Part shown: positions 11,601 through 19,900 of the stretch, piece by piece
Layout of the letters: every line of letters begins with the position of its first letter
Position numbering within the stretch: position 1 is the stretch's first letter
Origin: Methylococcaceae bacterium
Lineage (GTDB): Bacteria > Pseudomonadota > Gammaproteobacteria > Methylococcales > Methylomonadaceae
Assembly (NCBI GenBank): GCA_947504985.1
Contig: CANNKH010000001.1
Location: 1 to 46,012, forward strand
DNA: 46,012 nucleotides
Direction: 5' to 3'
The notes under the pieces: model-generated
Told to the model about the DNA's origin: nothing
Database searches by the model: none
What the model saw: the letters and a program-made list of their open reading frames with translations, nothing else
Made by a program: the position numbers and the translations under genes

Positions 11601-12168
11601 GTTGACCAATTATGGTCTTGTCCGGGCTGATCATGTTCTGCAACAACTTCCCAAAAGCGATGGATTGTTCCGCTATGAATTCCTGGTTGACGTGCCGTCG
11701 TCGTTGTTGGCCAAGCAGCGCTTGACCATCCCTTATCGAGTGGTAGCCCTGGCGTCTTTGGAAACATCTGCTTCGAGTGCCACAGCTACAGGGGGCGGTT
11801 GTTATAGCTATTCCGGAATTACGACTGTGATTTATGACTACGTATGTGCAAATGGCGATAAGTCTTCAGCGGCGGCTTCTTCTTCGTGGTTTTCTGGCAG
11901 TAATAGTTCTTGTGGAAGTGGAAGTGGAAGTGGTACTCCCTACTACAATGTTATCAGATACTTAAGCGGCAGTGGTAATGGTGGCGGTTGGGGCCTTCTC
12001 GGAAGTGGATCATTCAATTATGGTGGTAATGGTTTGCGCCTGAAAGGAAAAAAATGTGTCTTCATTCCCAGGGGTAACAACAATGGCAATGGGGGAGATA
12101 GCGGTGGTAACGGTGGAGATACTAATAAAAGTAACAATGGAGATAAACAGTCATGTCCAAGCAACTAA
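5644..12168 (+). CDS. Giant secreted protein: beta-helix, bacterial Ig (Big), FN3 and carboxypeptidase-regulatory-like domains, Cys/Gly-rich C-terminus
   Basis: Signal peptide ...MSAPLFA|AE (true start probably downstream of 5644). ATGNWWG beta-helix end. ATDESGVAKVEFFIDG Big domains. LxW...YxLYR FN3 units. TDSLGEVLFQNLPAGRY prealbumin-like fold. Confidence 0.87.
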   Translation: MPLPASSLLIHEAAVMTSNTNKTMATFMNNKMLNVASKTPVPLMSYWRGLAFTVLFMLTFFLMSAPLFAAELIIGEGVVVKFGANAQLVVRDHIVAGKGIIFTSKKDDSVNGQLGLTANTPQPGDWLGSRLEKSAASFGALTLSDLTLRYAGATVGSVASAAMTLRGWSPKLQNLLLSDNGVGLRLLDSANPTITGSSFLRNNTGIEINSNSQPSIVNSQLAGNTVLAIDNKTPSTVIVATGNWWGHPSGPKDPINNPGGQGDAISIGIDFGGFVTAMPLLNPSLRLAAPMPYFDQHSVLLDLSCVNATEYRLTEGDVFANITPLPLSNNRAQVSFTTSAGDGRKTINVEFRDNDGTVATATLNGGVLIDTQAPLIAITNPVNGSHIVQPATVTATATATDESGVAKVEFFIDGQLNKTLSAAPYSFVWNTTTSAEGTHIIKTVATDIAGRTTEQTVTVTLSKAAPIVDTQGPLLANIRANGDLLADGSSLLRSSPITLSASDASGVARVELLLDSNVVTTASGNGSYTAILNLDKVLNGPHSISVRATDSLGNVSTATYAINVAHAAPATPILSQPANGSSSRVATITVAGSAEPGSDVQVFVNAQSAGPHVATGLDGNFTTSITLANGSNQIQATATDQYGTGAASTAILVTLDATIPSSPGSLTATAQAAGKVRLLWTRSSDPNAVGYDLYRASAVFDSIDTATKLNASPLTTIGFDDLPSQDGLWAYRVVSINNAGTPSIPSNLAQAVSDSTAPHALSVAYAPQGKVDPVTGVIGQGQIDVLLTVSEELPSAPFLSIVPQGGTPIPVTLTQSGNTTYTGSIMISAKTPSGIANALFSGRDAVGNRGTDIDAGATLKIDTAGPSLSGIALNPVSPINNDTPQTVEATLTFTKAPKTTPQVNTLLSGVGRTSIPLTSLAPALLNSTTWTGSFTLPKDAGLSNPETLIFSFQAIDELDNVSTKVLASNHFQVYQGNLPPLDVPFALTAKAQPGGKVKLAWQAVDQANSYQLYRQAPGQTELQPLTRATGTDYLDQTSQDGSYQYTVASVRKANAQEAVSGQSPPVSVVASATAPGAPHNLVLRLSGQGIVAEWQAPLQGKVANYNLYRADGTSITSLVGLTPLKKDIKQITTIDATPSPSQGAYVVTAVDAAGNESSLSNSTYLNASLLPVSQLRINRIGNGLPMLSWVAPNGNVTAYKVYADAASNLPKIPLTPNPISLLNFTDTGYNGGDKVYTVASVDANGAEMPRSLLMPEVTATIISGLPIQRGIMNQLQVQVINHSANALNNVRVVVRLPADKLSTQFKEHRSQIVNVDAKQTRLLPVVVGGYAELPDSALAQVRVEIAPNEGELVALANDQAVDVTEGGLVVGMSTHDFTRGATGKLKLTIENTTETDVELLTVTQNGQGDSTELRFKILDAEGNVLATQPYKQALGANVVALPNGLTVARIPAGSSYTSDEFSVNVPATSLMTLRVKLEVDKIRYHSGQDDEVVIAGRGSEKTVSLIDTAYFGDITDITPSTSFGDQDIVITGRAVDRTANTPLPNTRLKLVFNQQGFERIFTVLTDATGNYAYTFKPEFTDSGLYKVSAVHPDVTDRPEQKTFTINRVTVGPSPIKLDLPKNLPFTLPFTAKAGPGSSATNLKLTLDAASQPTGQLPAGINVQLPEPVSLTGKQSRDLPVVFTATNDAQLSGSLIMNVLDDEHNNTPMGQVKVDYSLTEAKPFLTSTPSFIETGMAQGGNQIESITMQNKGLQEAQNLTFKLVSADGSPAPGWVSIASQANGTLAVGDSRSIDLSFTPSTSIAEGVYEFKLLVTGDNVPQQTLNVFASVTQSGQGNVLFKTSDIYTATVNKTGQLIQGLAGATITVQNEDVLTITQELVTDSLGEVLFQNLPAGRYQYRAKASNHQEIGGRLLVKPGITFNQPVFLQYNLITVEWSVKEISLQDRYEITLNATFETDVPAPVVVIQPASTNLPKMGIGDVFYGELTLTNYGLVRADHVLQQLPKSDGLFRYEFLVDVPSSLLAKQRLTIPYRVVALASLETSASSATATGGGCYSYSGITTVIYDYVCANGDKSSAAASSSWFSGSNSSCGSGSGSGTPYYNVIRYLSGSGNGGGWGLLGSGSFNYGGNGLRLKGKKCVFIPRGNNNGNGGDSGGNGGDTNKSNNGDKQSCPSN

Positions 12169-15100
12169 AAACTGTAATGAACAAAGTTAAGCTTTTAGCT
12201 TTTGTCCGTTTAATGCTGCTCATGACCATTGGCATAGTAATGCCTGGGTTTTCTGCTGTAGCTTCCGTCTCACAAAATGGAGCAGAAGTTTCCTTACCTA
12301 ATGGCTTTCTGACTGTAGATGTAGATGACCTGCAAGTAATGACCACAGGCGGTATGGTTCGATGGTCCCGGCAATGGGATGGTCAGGAATGGAAATTCAA
12401 TCCGTACTGGGAAAGCCTGTCACAAAGCTGGACAAACTATACCTGTTCTAAATCAGAACAGCTTGGTTTTGGGGGGTCTAGCTCAACAGCATCGTCATCT
12501 TCGGCGGGGATCATGAATGCTAATTTAGGTTCCTGGACATGGGTAGATGAAGATTGGCAACCGGGTTACATTGGTGCTACTGGAGGAGGAGGCGGCGGAA
12601 CCGATGTGGGTACAGGTGTCGGGGTTACAATAGGTTTGCCAACCAGTCCGTCGCTCGATATGTCAGGCGCTACCTTGCCTGTAACCACACCTTTCGCTCC
12701 AACCCGTACAACGCCGTTCAACCGCTCTATTGGTACTGATCTGACTGATTATCCGCTGCCCGTCCCTGTTGATATGAATGTCACCGGACAGTGTCCACAG
12801 GGGTATGACAATCAATCTTCAGGGGTAACAGAAGGTATCAGGCGTCAAAATGAACTTTATAGAGGCAATAATGGCCGGTATGTTTTTGATAACAAGTCTG
12901 TTATAGATCAAAGAAGCATTCGTGGTTTGCCCTATAGTGCCGCTGTTGACTTGGATGCTCAGTTAAGCGCGGGTCAGATAACGCTGGCTCCGGTTGGAAT
13001 ACCCAAAGGCTACCGTTGGACGCATAAAAACGGCGACTGGATTGATTATAATCTCCAGGGCCAGGTCATGGCTTATGGTAATGCTAACAACAATATTACC
13101 TGGTTGGCTCGCGATACCGAGGGTCGATTAAGAGGCGTCGTTGATGCCAATGGTCGTGTGATCTTTACCTTGCATTACACCGGTGACCTCTTGACTGAGG
13201 TAAGAGATTATCCTATCGCCAGTAACGGGCAAGACTTGCCACAACGCAAAGTGGTTTATCAATATGATGAAAAGCATGTGTTGGCCGGCGTGGTTGACGT
13301 ACTGGGAGGACTTACAACTTATGCCTATAACGTCAGCAGCCAGATTATCAAAATCACCGATCCTGAAGGTCGAGATGATCAGTATGGTTATCTCTACGCA
13401 ACTGTTGGGAGACGGATTGCGCCTGATGGTGGCGTTACCGATTATGCCTATAATTATGATACTACGCGCAAACAATTTCAAAGCACGATAACGGGGCCAG
13501 CGACTGCCGCAGGACGTCAGGTTAACCAGTACATCCATGAAAGTAGCGGTGATGTGAGCCAAGTTATTCAAAATGGCAGAATAGACGATGACGTTTTGTT
13601 CGACACCGGTGCAAGAACCGAAACACATACCAATGCCCGTGGCTTTAACACCCGTTACACTCGTAACGAATTCGAGCAAGTTGTGCGTATTGATTATCCT
13701 GATCTGAGCAGCTATCAGTTCAACTATTCAGCGCAGAATTTACGCAAGCTGGAAGCGATCAACGAAGGCGGCATCAAGACTCAATACGAGTACGATCTCA
13801 ACGGTAACCTCATTAAAAAGACTGAAGCGGTTGGCACAACCGATCAGCGGATCACGGAGTATGGGGTTAACAGTTTGGGGCAGACCATTAAAGCCACATT
13901 GAAAGGCCGAACAGAATTTAATGGAATAATCACCCCCAATGCCACCTGGCTTTTAGAATACGACAGCCTGGGACAAATCAGCAAAACCACCGATCCTGAA
14001 GGTGGTGTTAGACGTTATGTATTTGACCGCACGGGTAATCTGGCCAGTACTACCGATCCCCTCGGTCATACGACGCGTTATGAATCCGATGCCAGCGGTA
14101 ACCTGACTAAAGTCACCGATGCTATGGGACGAATTAAAGCCTATGCCTATGACAAAGTCGGCAACCTCTCCGCTTTTACCGATGCCAGAGGCAAACAAAC
14201 CCTGGCAGGCTATGACGCAATGAACCGTCTGCTTCGAATCACTAATCCAGTGGGCGGCATCGCCAAGCGTCAATATAACAGCGAAGGACTTCCCGTTTCA
14301 GTTTCAGACGAGGATGGCCGCACCGTTCAAGTCGAGTTTGACAATTTCCAGCGCCTGACCAAGCTGAGCGATGCTTTGGGCAATCAAACCCAGTTTGGCT
14401 ACAACATCGCCGATGGCACTGCCTCCGGCACACTCGGCTCGCTGTCCAGTCCGACTGAAATAAAGTTCCCCACCTTTTCCAGTAGCAATCGTTTTGATCA
14501 GCGTGGGCGCGGCACCAGTGGAACGTTACTTAATCCCAATCGTGCCGGGACAGACAGCATTGCGAGCGGCAAGACTTATGATCAGCGCGGCTTGGTTATC
14601 AGCGATACGGATGCCAATGGCAAAAAACACTTTTATAATTACGATGCTTTCGGCCAATTGACTGAGCTCACCGATACTTTAGGCAACAAGACCACGGCAT
14701 CCTATGATGTCAGAGGCAACCTGATTCAGTTAACCGACGCCAACGGCAACAGCCATAAGTTTGACTACGATCTTAATGATCGAGTGATCAAAGAAAGTCT
14801 GCCGTTAGGGCAGAGTACCGATTACAGTTACGATGCTGCTGGCAACCTGATACAGCGCATTGATCCCAACGGCAATAAGTCCAAGTTCAGCTACGATAAA
14901 AGCAACTGGCTAATTGAAACCAAGCAATACCAGACTGGTGATCAACTCCTACGCAGCTCCACTTTCAGCTGGGACGACGCCTACAATCTGAGTGCCTGGA
15001 GCGATACCGATACCACCCGCCCCAGCGGACAGCAAACCACCAGCGGCATAGCAACTTATGACGATGCCAACCGTAAGACCAGCGAGACCCTTACTTATCC

Positions 15101-16775
15101 TAATCCAAGCGGACTCGCCTATAGTTTGAGTTATAGCTACCAGTACAGTCCGGCCGGTAAGAAGACCCGTCTTACCTGGGCCGATGGTACAGCGATTGAT
15201 TACACTTACAGCGGTCATGGTCAGCTGGATAGCATCACCATCCCCGGCGAAGGCATCCTCAGCATCAATCAATTCAAATGGATTTCTCCAGCCTCGGTAA
15301 CCTTGCCAGGCGGTTCGGTACAGGAGAAAGCCTACGACGGCTTATTGAACCTGGAAGGCATCAAAGTTAAATCGCCCAGTCAGCAAACGCTGCTGGATTT
15401 AGCCAATAACTACGGCAAGCGCCAGGAGCTCACGTCACGAAGTCGCACCGATAGCCTATTAGGCGCAAGCGCTACAGTGACCGGCAGCTTCAGTTACGAT
15501 AACGAACTCAGGTTAACCCAGGCTATCGTCGATACTGGCGGCCTATTTGGCAGCAAAACCGAAACCTTCACCCTCGATGCGGTGGGCAACCGCACCGCCC
15601 ATAGTCAAGTGCTGGGGCCTTGGAATTATGACGCCAACAATCGCTTGACGGATAAAGGCATACTGCTGGACGCCAGCAGCTATGAATACGACGCAGCCGG
15701 GAACCTGACCCGCAAAACCAAAGGTAATCAGGTTACGCAATTTTCCTACGACAGCCAAAACCGGCTCAATGAAGTCAGGAATGGCAGTGGCAATTTGCTT
15801 GCCCGTTACGGTTACGATCCCTTTGATCGGCGAGTCTGGAAAGAACAATACCGCGACAGGAACGGCAGTGCTTTATCTCCCGCCATACGCAGTTATTTTC
15901 TTTATGTCGATGAAGGCTTGATTGCCGAAGCTACGCAGAACATTACCCTCAAGGCGGATCAGACGGTTTCGGCCAGCGCAGTCCCGGTACTGACCACACA
16001 ATATGGGCCGAAGCCGAATGGCTTGTTCGGTACCGGAATAATGTTCGTCAAAACCAAAAATACCAATGGCGACGATAGCGTTGCTTATTACCACCATGAC
16101 CAACTAGGCACGCCGATTCAGGCTACAGACAAGACTGGCAACGTGGTTTGGTCTGCGGACTATAACGTGTTTGGACGGGCGACCATTACCACTCCGGCGG
16201 CGAGTGTGGATAAGCCGACGGTTACGTCAAGGTTGAGATTGCCGGGACAGATCGTGGATGAGGAGACGGGGCTGCATTATAACTGGCATCGATATTATGA
16301 TTCCGAAATTGGCAGGTATGTTACAGAGGATCCAATTGGTTTTGTTGGTGGTTATCCTAATTTGTATTTGTATTCGACTTCAGATCCAATAAATCATTAT
16401 GATCCTAAAGGTTTAAGTAGTCAGGCTACTAATTCTAAAAATAAATCTATGAACTATGAAGATATTTGGAATCAGATTAGTTCTTTTTTGGATAATGCCA
16501 AAAGCGCCATTCCAGCTTTCTTTAATAGTGGGGGGACGATTAGTAAGTTTATTTCTTATTTAGGTGAGCCAGCGATTGGGTCTGGATTATCTGCAACAAC
16601 AATTCCATTAGGTGTAGTCATTAACACAGGCATCCAAGCACTAAATCCTGATACGGCTAAAGGTATCCAGCAAATTAATCAACAATCTCAAGAACATAAT
16701 TGGAAACGAGGTGCGGGTCTTATCATGGATCAATCACGAAGAAAACAGTTACAAGATGCTTTAGATTGTCCTTGA
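12153..16775 (+). CDS. RHS/YD-repeat protein with Sec signal peptide, RHS-associated core and variable C-terminal tip
   Basis: Many Y.YD..GNL...TD..G repeats. YYHHDQLGTP. Core GLHYNWHRYYDSEIGRYVTEDPIG...NLYLY...P.NHYDPKGL. 119-aa tip from 16416. Overlaps the upstream gene's stop. Confidence 0.96.
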   Translation: MSKQLKTVMNKVKLLAFVRLMLLMTIGIVMPGFSAVASVSQNGAEVSLPNGFLTVDVDDLQVMTTGGMVRWSRQWDGQEWKFNPYWESLSQSWTNYTCSKSEQLGFGGSSSTASSSSAGIMNANLGSWTWVDEDWQPGYIGATGGGGGGTDVGTGVGVTIGLPTSPSLDMSGATLPVTTPFAPTRTTPFNRSIGTDLTDYPLPVPVDMNVTGQCPQGYDNQSSGVTEGIRRQNELYRGNNGRYVFDNKSVIDQRSIRGLPYSAAVDLDAQLSAGQITLAPVGIPKGYRWTHKNGDWIDYNLQGQVMAYGNANNNITWLARDTEGRLRGVVDANGRVIFTLHYTGDLLTEVRDYPIASNGQDLPQRKVVYQYDEKHVLAGVVDVLGGLTTYAYNVSSQIIKITDPEGRDDQYGYLYATVGRRIAPDGGVTDYAYNYDTTRKQFQSTITGPATAAGRQVNQYIHESSGDVSQVIQNGRIDDDVLFDTGARTETHTNARGFNTRYTRNEFEQVVRIDYPDLSSYQFNYSAQNLRKLEAINEGGIKTQYEYDLNGNLIKKTEAVGTTDQRITEYGVNSLGQTIKATLKGRTEFNGIITPNATWLLEYDSLGQISKTTDPEGGVRRYVFDRTGNLASTTDPLGHTTRYESDASGNLTKVTDAMGRIKAYAYDKVGNLSAFTDARGKQTLAGYDAMNRLLRITNPVGGIAKRQYNSEGLPVSVSDEDGRTVQVEFDNFQRLTKLSDALGNQTQFGYNIADGTASGTLGSLSSPTEIKFPTFSSSNRFDQRGRGTSGTLLNPNRAGTDSIASGKTYDQRGLVISDTDANGKKHFYNYDAFGQLTELTDTLGNKTTASYDVRGNLIQLTDANGNSHKFDYDLNDRVIKESLPLGQSTDYSYDAAGNLIQRIDPNGNKSKFSYDKSNWLIETKQYQTGDQLLRSSTFSWDDAYNLSAWSDTDTTRPSGQQTTSGIATYDDANRKTSETLTYPNPSGLAYSLSYSYQYSPAGKKTRLTWADGTAIDYTYSGHGQLDSITIPGEGILSINQFKWISPASVTLPGGSVQEKAYDGLLNLEGIKVKSPSQQTLLDLANNYGKRQELTSRSRTDSLLGASATVTGSFSYDNELRLTQAIVDTGGLFGSKTETFTLDAVGNRTAHSQVLGPWNYDANNRLTDKGILLDASSYEYDAAGNLTRKTKGNQVTQFSYDSQNRLNEVRNGSGNLLARYGYDPFDRRVWKEQYRDRNGSALSPAIRSYFLYVDEGLIAEATQNITLKADQTVSASAVPVLTTQYGPKPNGLFGTGIMFVKTKNTNGDDSVAYYHHDQLGTPIQATDKTGNVVWSADYNVFGRATITTPAASVDKPTVTSRLRLPGQIVDEETGLHYNWHRYYDSEIGRYVTEDPIGFVGGYPNLYLYSTSDPINHYDPKGLSSQATNSKNKSMNYEDIWNQISSFLDNAKSAIPAFFNSGGTISKFISYLGEPAIGSGLSATTIPLGVVINTGIQALNPDTAKGIQQINQQSQEHNWKRGAGLIMDQSRRKQLQDALDCP

Positions 16776-16780
16776 GCCGG

Positions 16781-16917
16781 GTAGCCACGTCGGGCATGTT
16801 TTTTATGCCCGACATTTTGGCCTCCGATGATGACATGGGCTAATGAATAATTTATCGCCGTTTTGTCGTCGAACGGGGGGTGATGTCGGGCAACGGTAAA
16901 GCTGTTGCCCGGCCTAC
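16781..16917. repeat. Inverted pair of REP-like palindromes (REPIN-like)
   Basis: GTAG..GTCGGGCAT-gttttt-tATGCCCGACAT (16781-16815) faces ATGTCGGGCAAC-ggtaaagct-GTTGCCCGGCCTAC (16883-16917, GTAG at its 5' end on the minus strand). Confidence 0.6.
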
Positions 16918-16931
16918 GAATAAAATAACAC

Positions 16932-19900
16932 ATGATCCGTAACATACAGGCTCGACAATTAAGGTGCAAGACAATGAAAATTAACATCGAACACCCTCTC
17001 AGAGGTTTTGCCCTGTTGCACAATAACGGATTTGTGCGGCTTTGTGCCGTCCTGTGGCTAATCATATTCACGACTTTTTCACCTACTCTGGCCCATGCGG
17101 TGGACACCATCTGCGCACGGGTCAAGATCGAGATCAAACAGGAACTGACATTGGAGCGCCAGGGCTTCGATGCGCAAATGCAGATTAATAACACCACCGC
17201 CGATGGCGTGATCCGGAACGTGTCGGTGGTCGTTAAAGTCACCGATGAAAACGGCACGCCGGTTACCGTATCCGATGATCCCAATGATACGACCGCCAAA
17301 TTCTTTCTACGCGTATCCAGCAAACAGAACATTACTGATATTACCGGCACCGGTGCGGTCAGTCCTCAGACCTCTGCTGTCATCAATTGGTTGTTAATTC
17401 CGGCTCCGGGTTCTGGAGGAGCCACTCCTTTCGGCAAGAAATACCTGGTGGGAGCCTCGTTAAAATACACCTTCGCCGGTGAAGATACAGTTCTGGATGT
17501 ATCTCCCGACGTGATTACCGTTAAACCCTTGCCCTTACTGACCTTGGATTATTTTTTAACCCAGAATGTTTGGGCCGATGACCCGCTAACACCCGAAATT
17601 GAGCAGATCGAGCCGTTTACGTTAGGCGTGCGCATCAAAAATGATGGCCAGGCTACAGCCAGAAACCTGAAAATCGATTCCGCTCAGCCGAAAATCGTAG
17701 AGAACAATCAGGGCTTGTTGATCAACTTTTTGCTCACCGGCAGCTTTGTCAACGATGCCCCCGCGCAGAATACCTTGCTGATCGATTTTGGCGATATTGC
17801 CGCAGGCAGCAAAAAGATGGGTCGTTGGGTTATGGAAACCACATTGGCGGGCAAGTTTACTGAATTTACCGCCAAGTTCAGCCATGCCGATGAATTGGGC
17901 GGCACTTTGACCTCCGTGATCAAGGCCACTAATGCGCATTTTTTGATCCATGATGTACGAGCCGATTTGCCCGGACGCGATACTGTGCGCGATTTTCTTG
18001 CTCAAGATGGCGATGTCATTCGCCTTTACGAATCCGATGGTCCGGATACCGAAGTGACCGATCGTAGCGCAGTTGCTACGCTTACGGTGGGTAGTGCGAC
18101 TTCCGGAAATCCCCAATACCAATTAAGTTTTCCGACCACGGCGGGCTTTGCCTACGTGAAATTGCCCGATCCTTACAGTGGAAAAAAAGTGCCCGGACAG
18201 ATCGTCCGCGCAGATGCCAAGTTGCTGTCTTCCGATAATGTCTGGCTGTCTAAAACCCGTAACGAACAAACTAAGCAATGGCAATACTGGGTTAATTTTT
18301 TTGACGTCAATACTAGTGGTCTTTATAGCGCAGAATTTACGAAACCCCCTGTATCTACACTGGCGCCGGTCTTGCAATTTATTCCGGATCGGTTCGTTCA
18401 GGAAACCAAGCAAGTGTCTTTTCTGGTTGAGGCCAGCAGTCCGCAGGGTAAAGTGGTTACTATTACCGCAGCACCCATGCCGCAGAGGGCTAAATTAACT
18501 ATGCAGACCGCCGATGCTTTGGCTCCTGGTTTATTTCGTGCGGTCTTTGACTGGACACCAGCGATAGGTCAGGCCGGCAACTACCCGATTGTTTACACGG
18601 CCACTGATGGCCTGCTAAGCACTCAGCTCACAGCCAATATTAAGGTGGATATGTTTACGCCTCCGCCGGGGCCGGAAACACCTACCATTGAAGCGCCGCT
18701 ATCGGGAGCGCAGGTTACACTTCTGATGCCGACCTTAGCCGCACAAGCGTCTACCAATCCAACGGATTTGACCAAGCAACTGCAATTTGAAGTGTATGCG
18801 GATGCAGCGATGACACAGTTGGTGGCGTCAAGCCTGGTAGACAAGGCACCGCTGGCCGCAGGTAACGGTGCTGGAGACATTCCGCAACCGACAACCTGGA
18901 CCTTGCCGATTGCACTGACTGACAATACCCATTACTGGTGGCGGACACGCGCTTTTGATGGCACGGTTTACAGTTTATGGGCCAATGCGCAGTTCTTCGT
19001 TAACTTGTTCAACGATCCACCGAATAGCTTTAATTTGATCCTCCCTGATCCTGATGCCGAGGTGACTAGCCTGACACCGACGCTGACTTGGAATAATAGC
19101 ATAGACAAGGACGGTGATGTCATTAGCTATGGCGTGACCCTTTACAGAGATGCGGGGCTTTCTGAGGTGATTGCAACGGTAGCGGATCTGAAAGAGGATG
19201 TTAGCGGCAGCACCAGCTGGATTGATACCGTATCGCTGAACAACCACAGCAGCTATTATTGGAAAGTAATTGCCAAAGATGCCTTGGGTGCGAAAACAGA
19301 ATCCTTCGCGCGGCCTTTTGTGGTGAATACAGGCAATACGGCACCGACTAATCCTGTGATTCAGAGTCCGGCGCTACTCGGTCAGAGTGTCGATGTGAAC
19401 ACAGAGCTCAAGATTCAAAATAGTGTGGATGCTGAGGGTGACGCCATTACTTATGTGTTCGAGATTGATACGGTCAATACTTTTGATTCTCCAGCCAAGA
19501 TGAATTCTGGAGCCGTGTTGCCGGGTAACGGTGGTACAACCGCTTGGACAACGGCTAAGTTAATTGAAAATCAGCAGTACTGGTGGCGGGTGAAGGCTGG
19601 GGATGGCCGCGCTGATTCTGCCTGGGTAGTGGGCAACTTTTTGATGAATGCGACCAATGAACCACCGGCTACGCCGACTATCAAAAATCCGGGTAATGGC
19701 GCGTGGTCTTCGGTGTTGCAACCTACTTTGGAAGCCAATTCTGTGGTCGATCCTGAAGGTGGAGTCGTGCGCTATCAGTTTGAGATCTACCACGGTGCCG
19801 ATTTGACACAGAAAGTCACTGAGGGTATTTCATCGAATACCACGCTAGCCGTGCCGGTACCACTGACCGACAAGACAACTTACCGGTGGCGAGTGCGTGC

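Noticed and set aside
11912-11933. GGAAGT tandem repeat as a contingency locus
   Set aside because: Only about three 6-nt units, in frame, encoding a GSGSGSG linker.
12153-16775. T6SS Rhs effector or Tc toxin C subunit
   Set aside because: No PAAR, prePAAR, VgrG, EagR, TcA or TcB in the window, and the protein has a Sec-type signal peptide.
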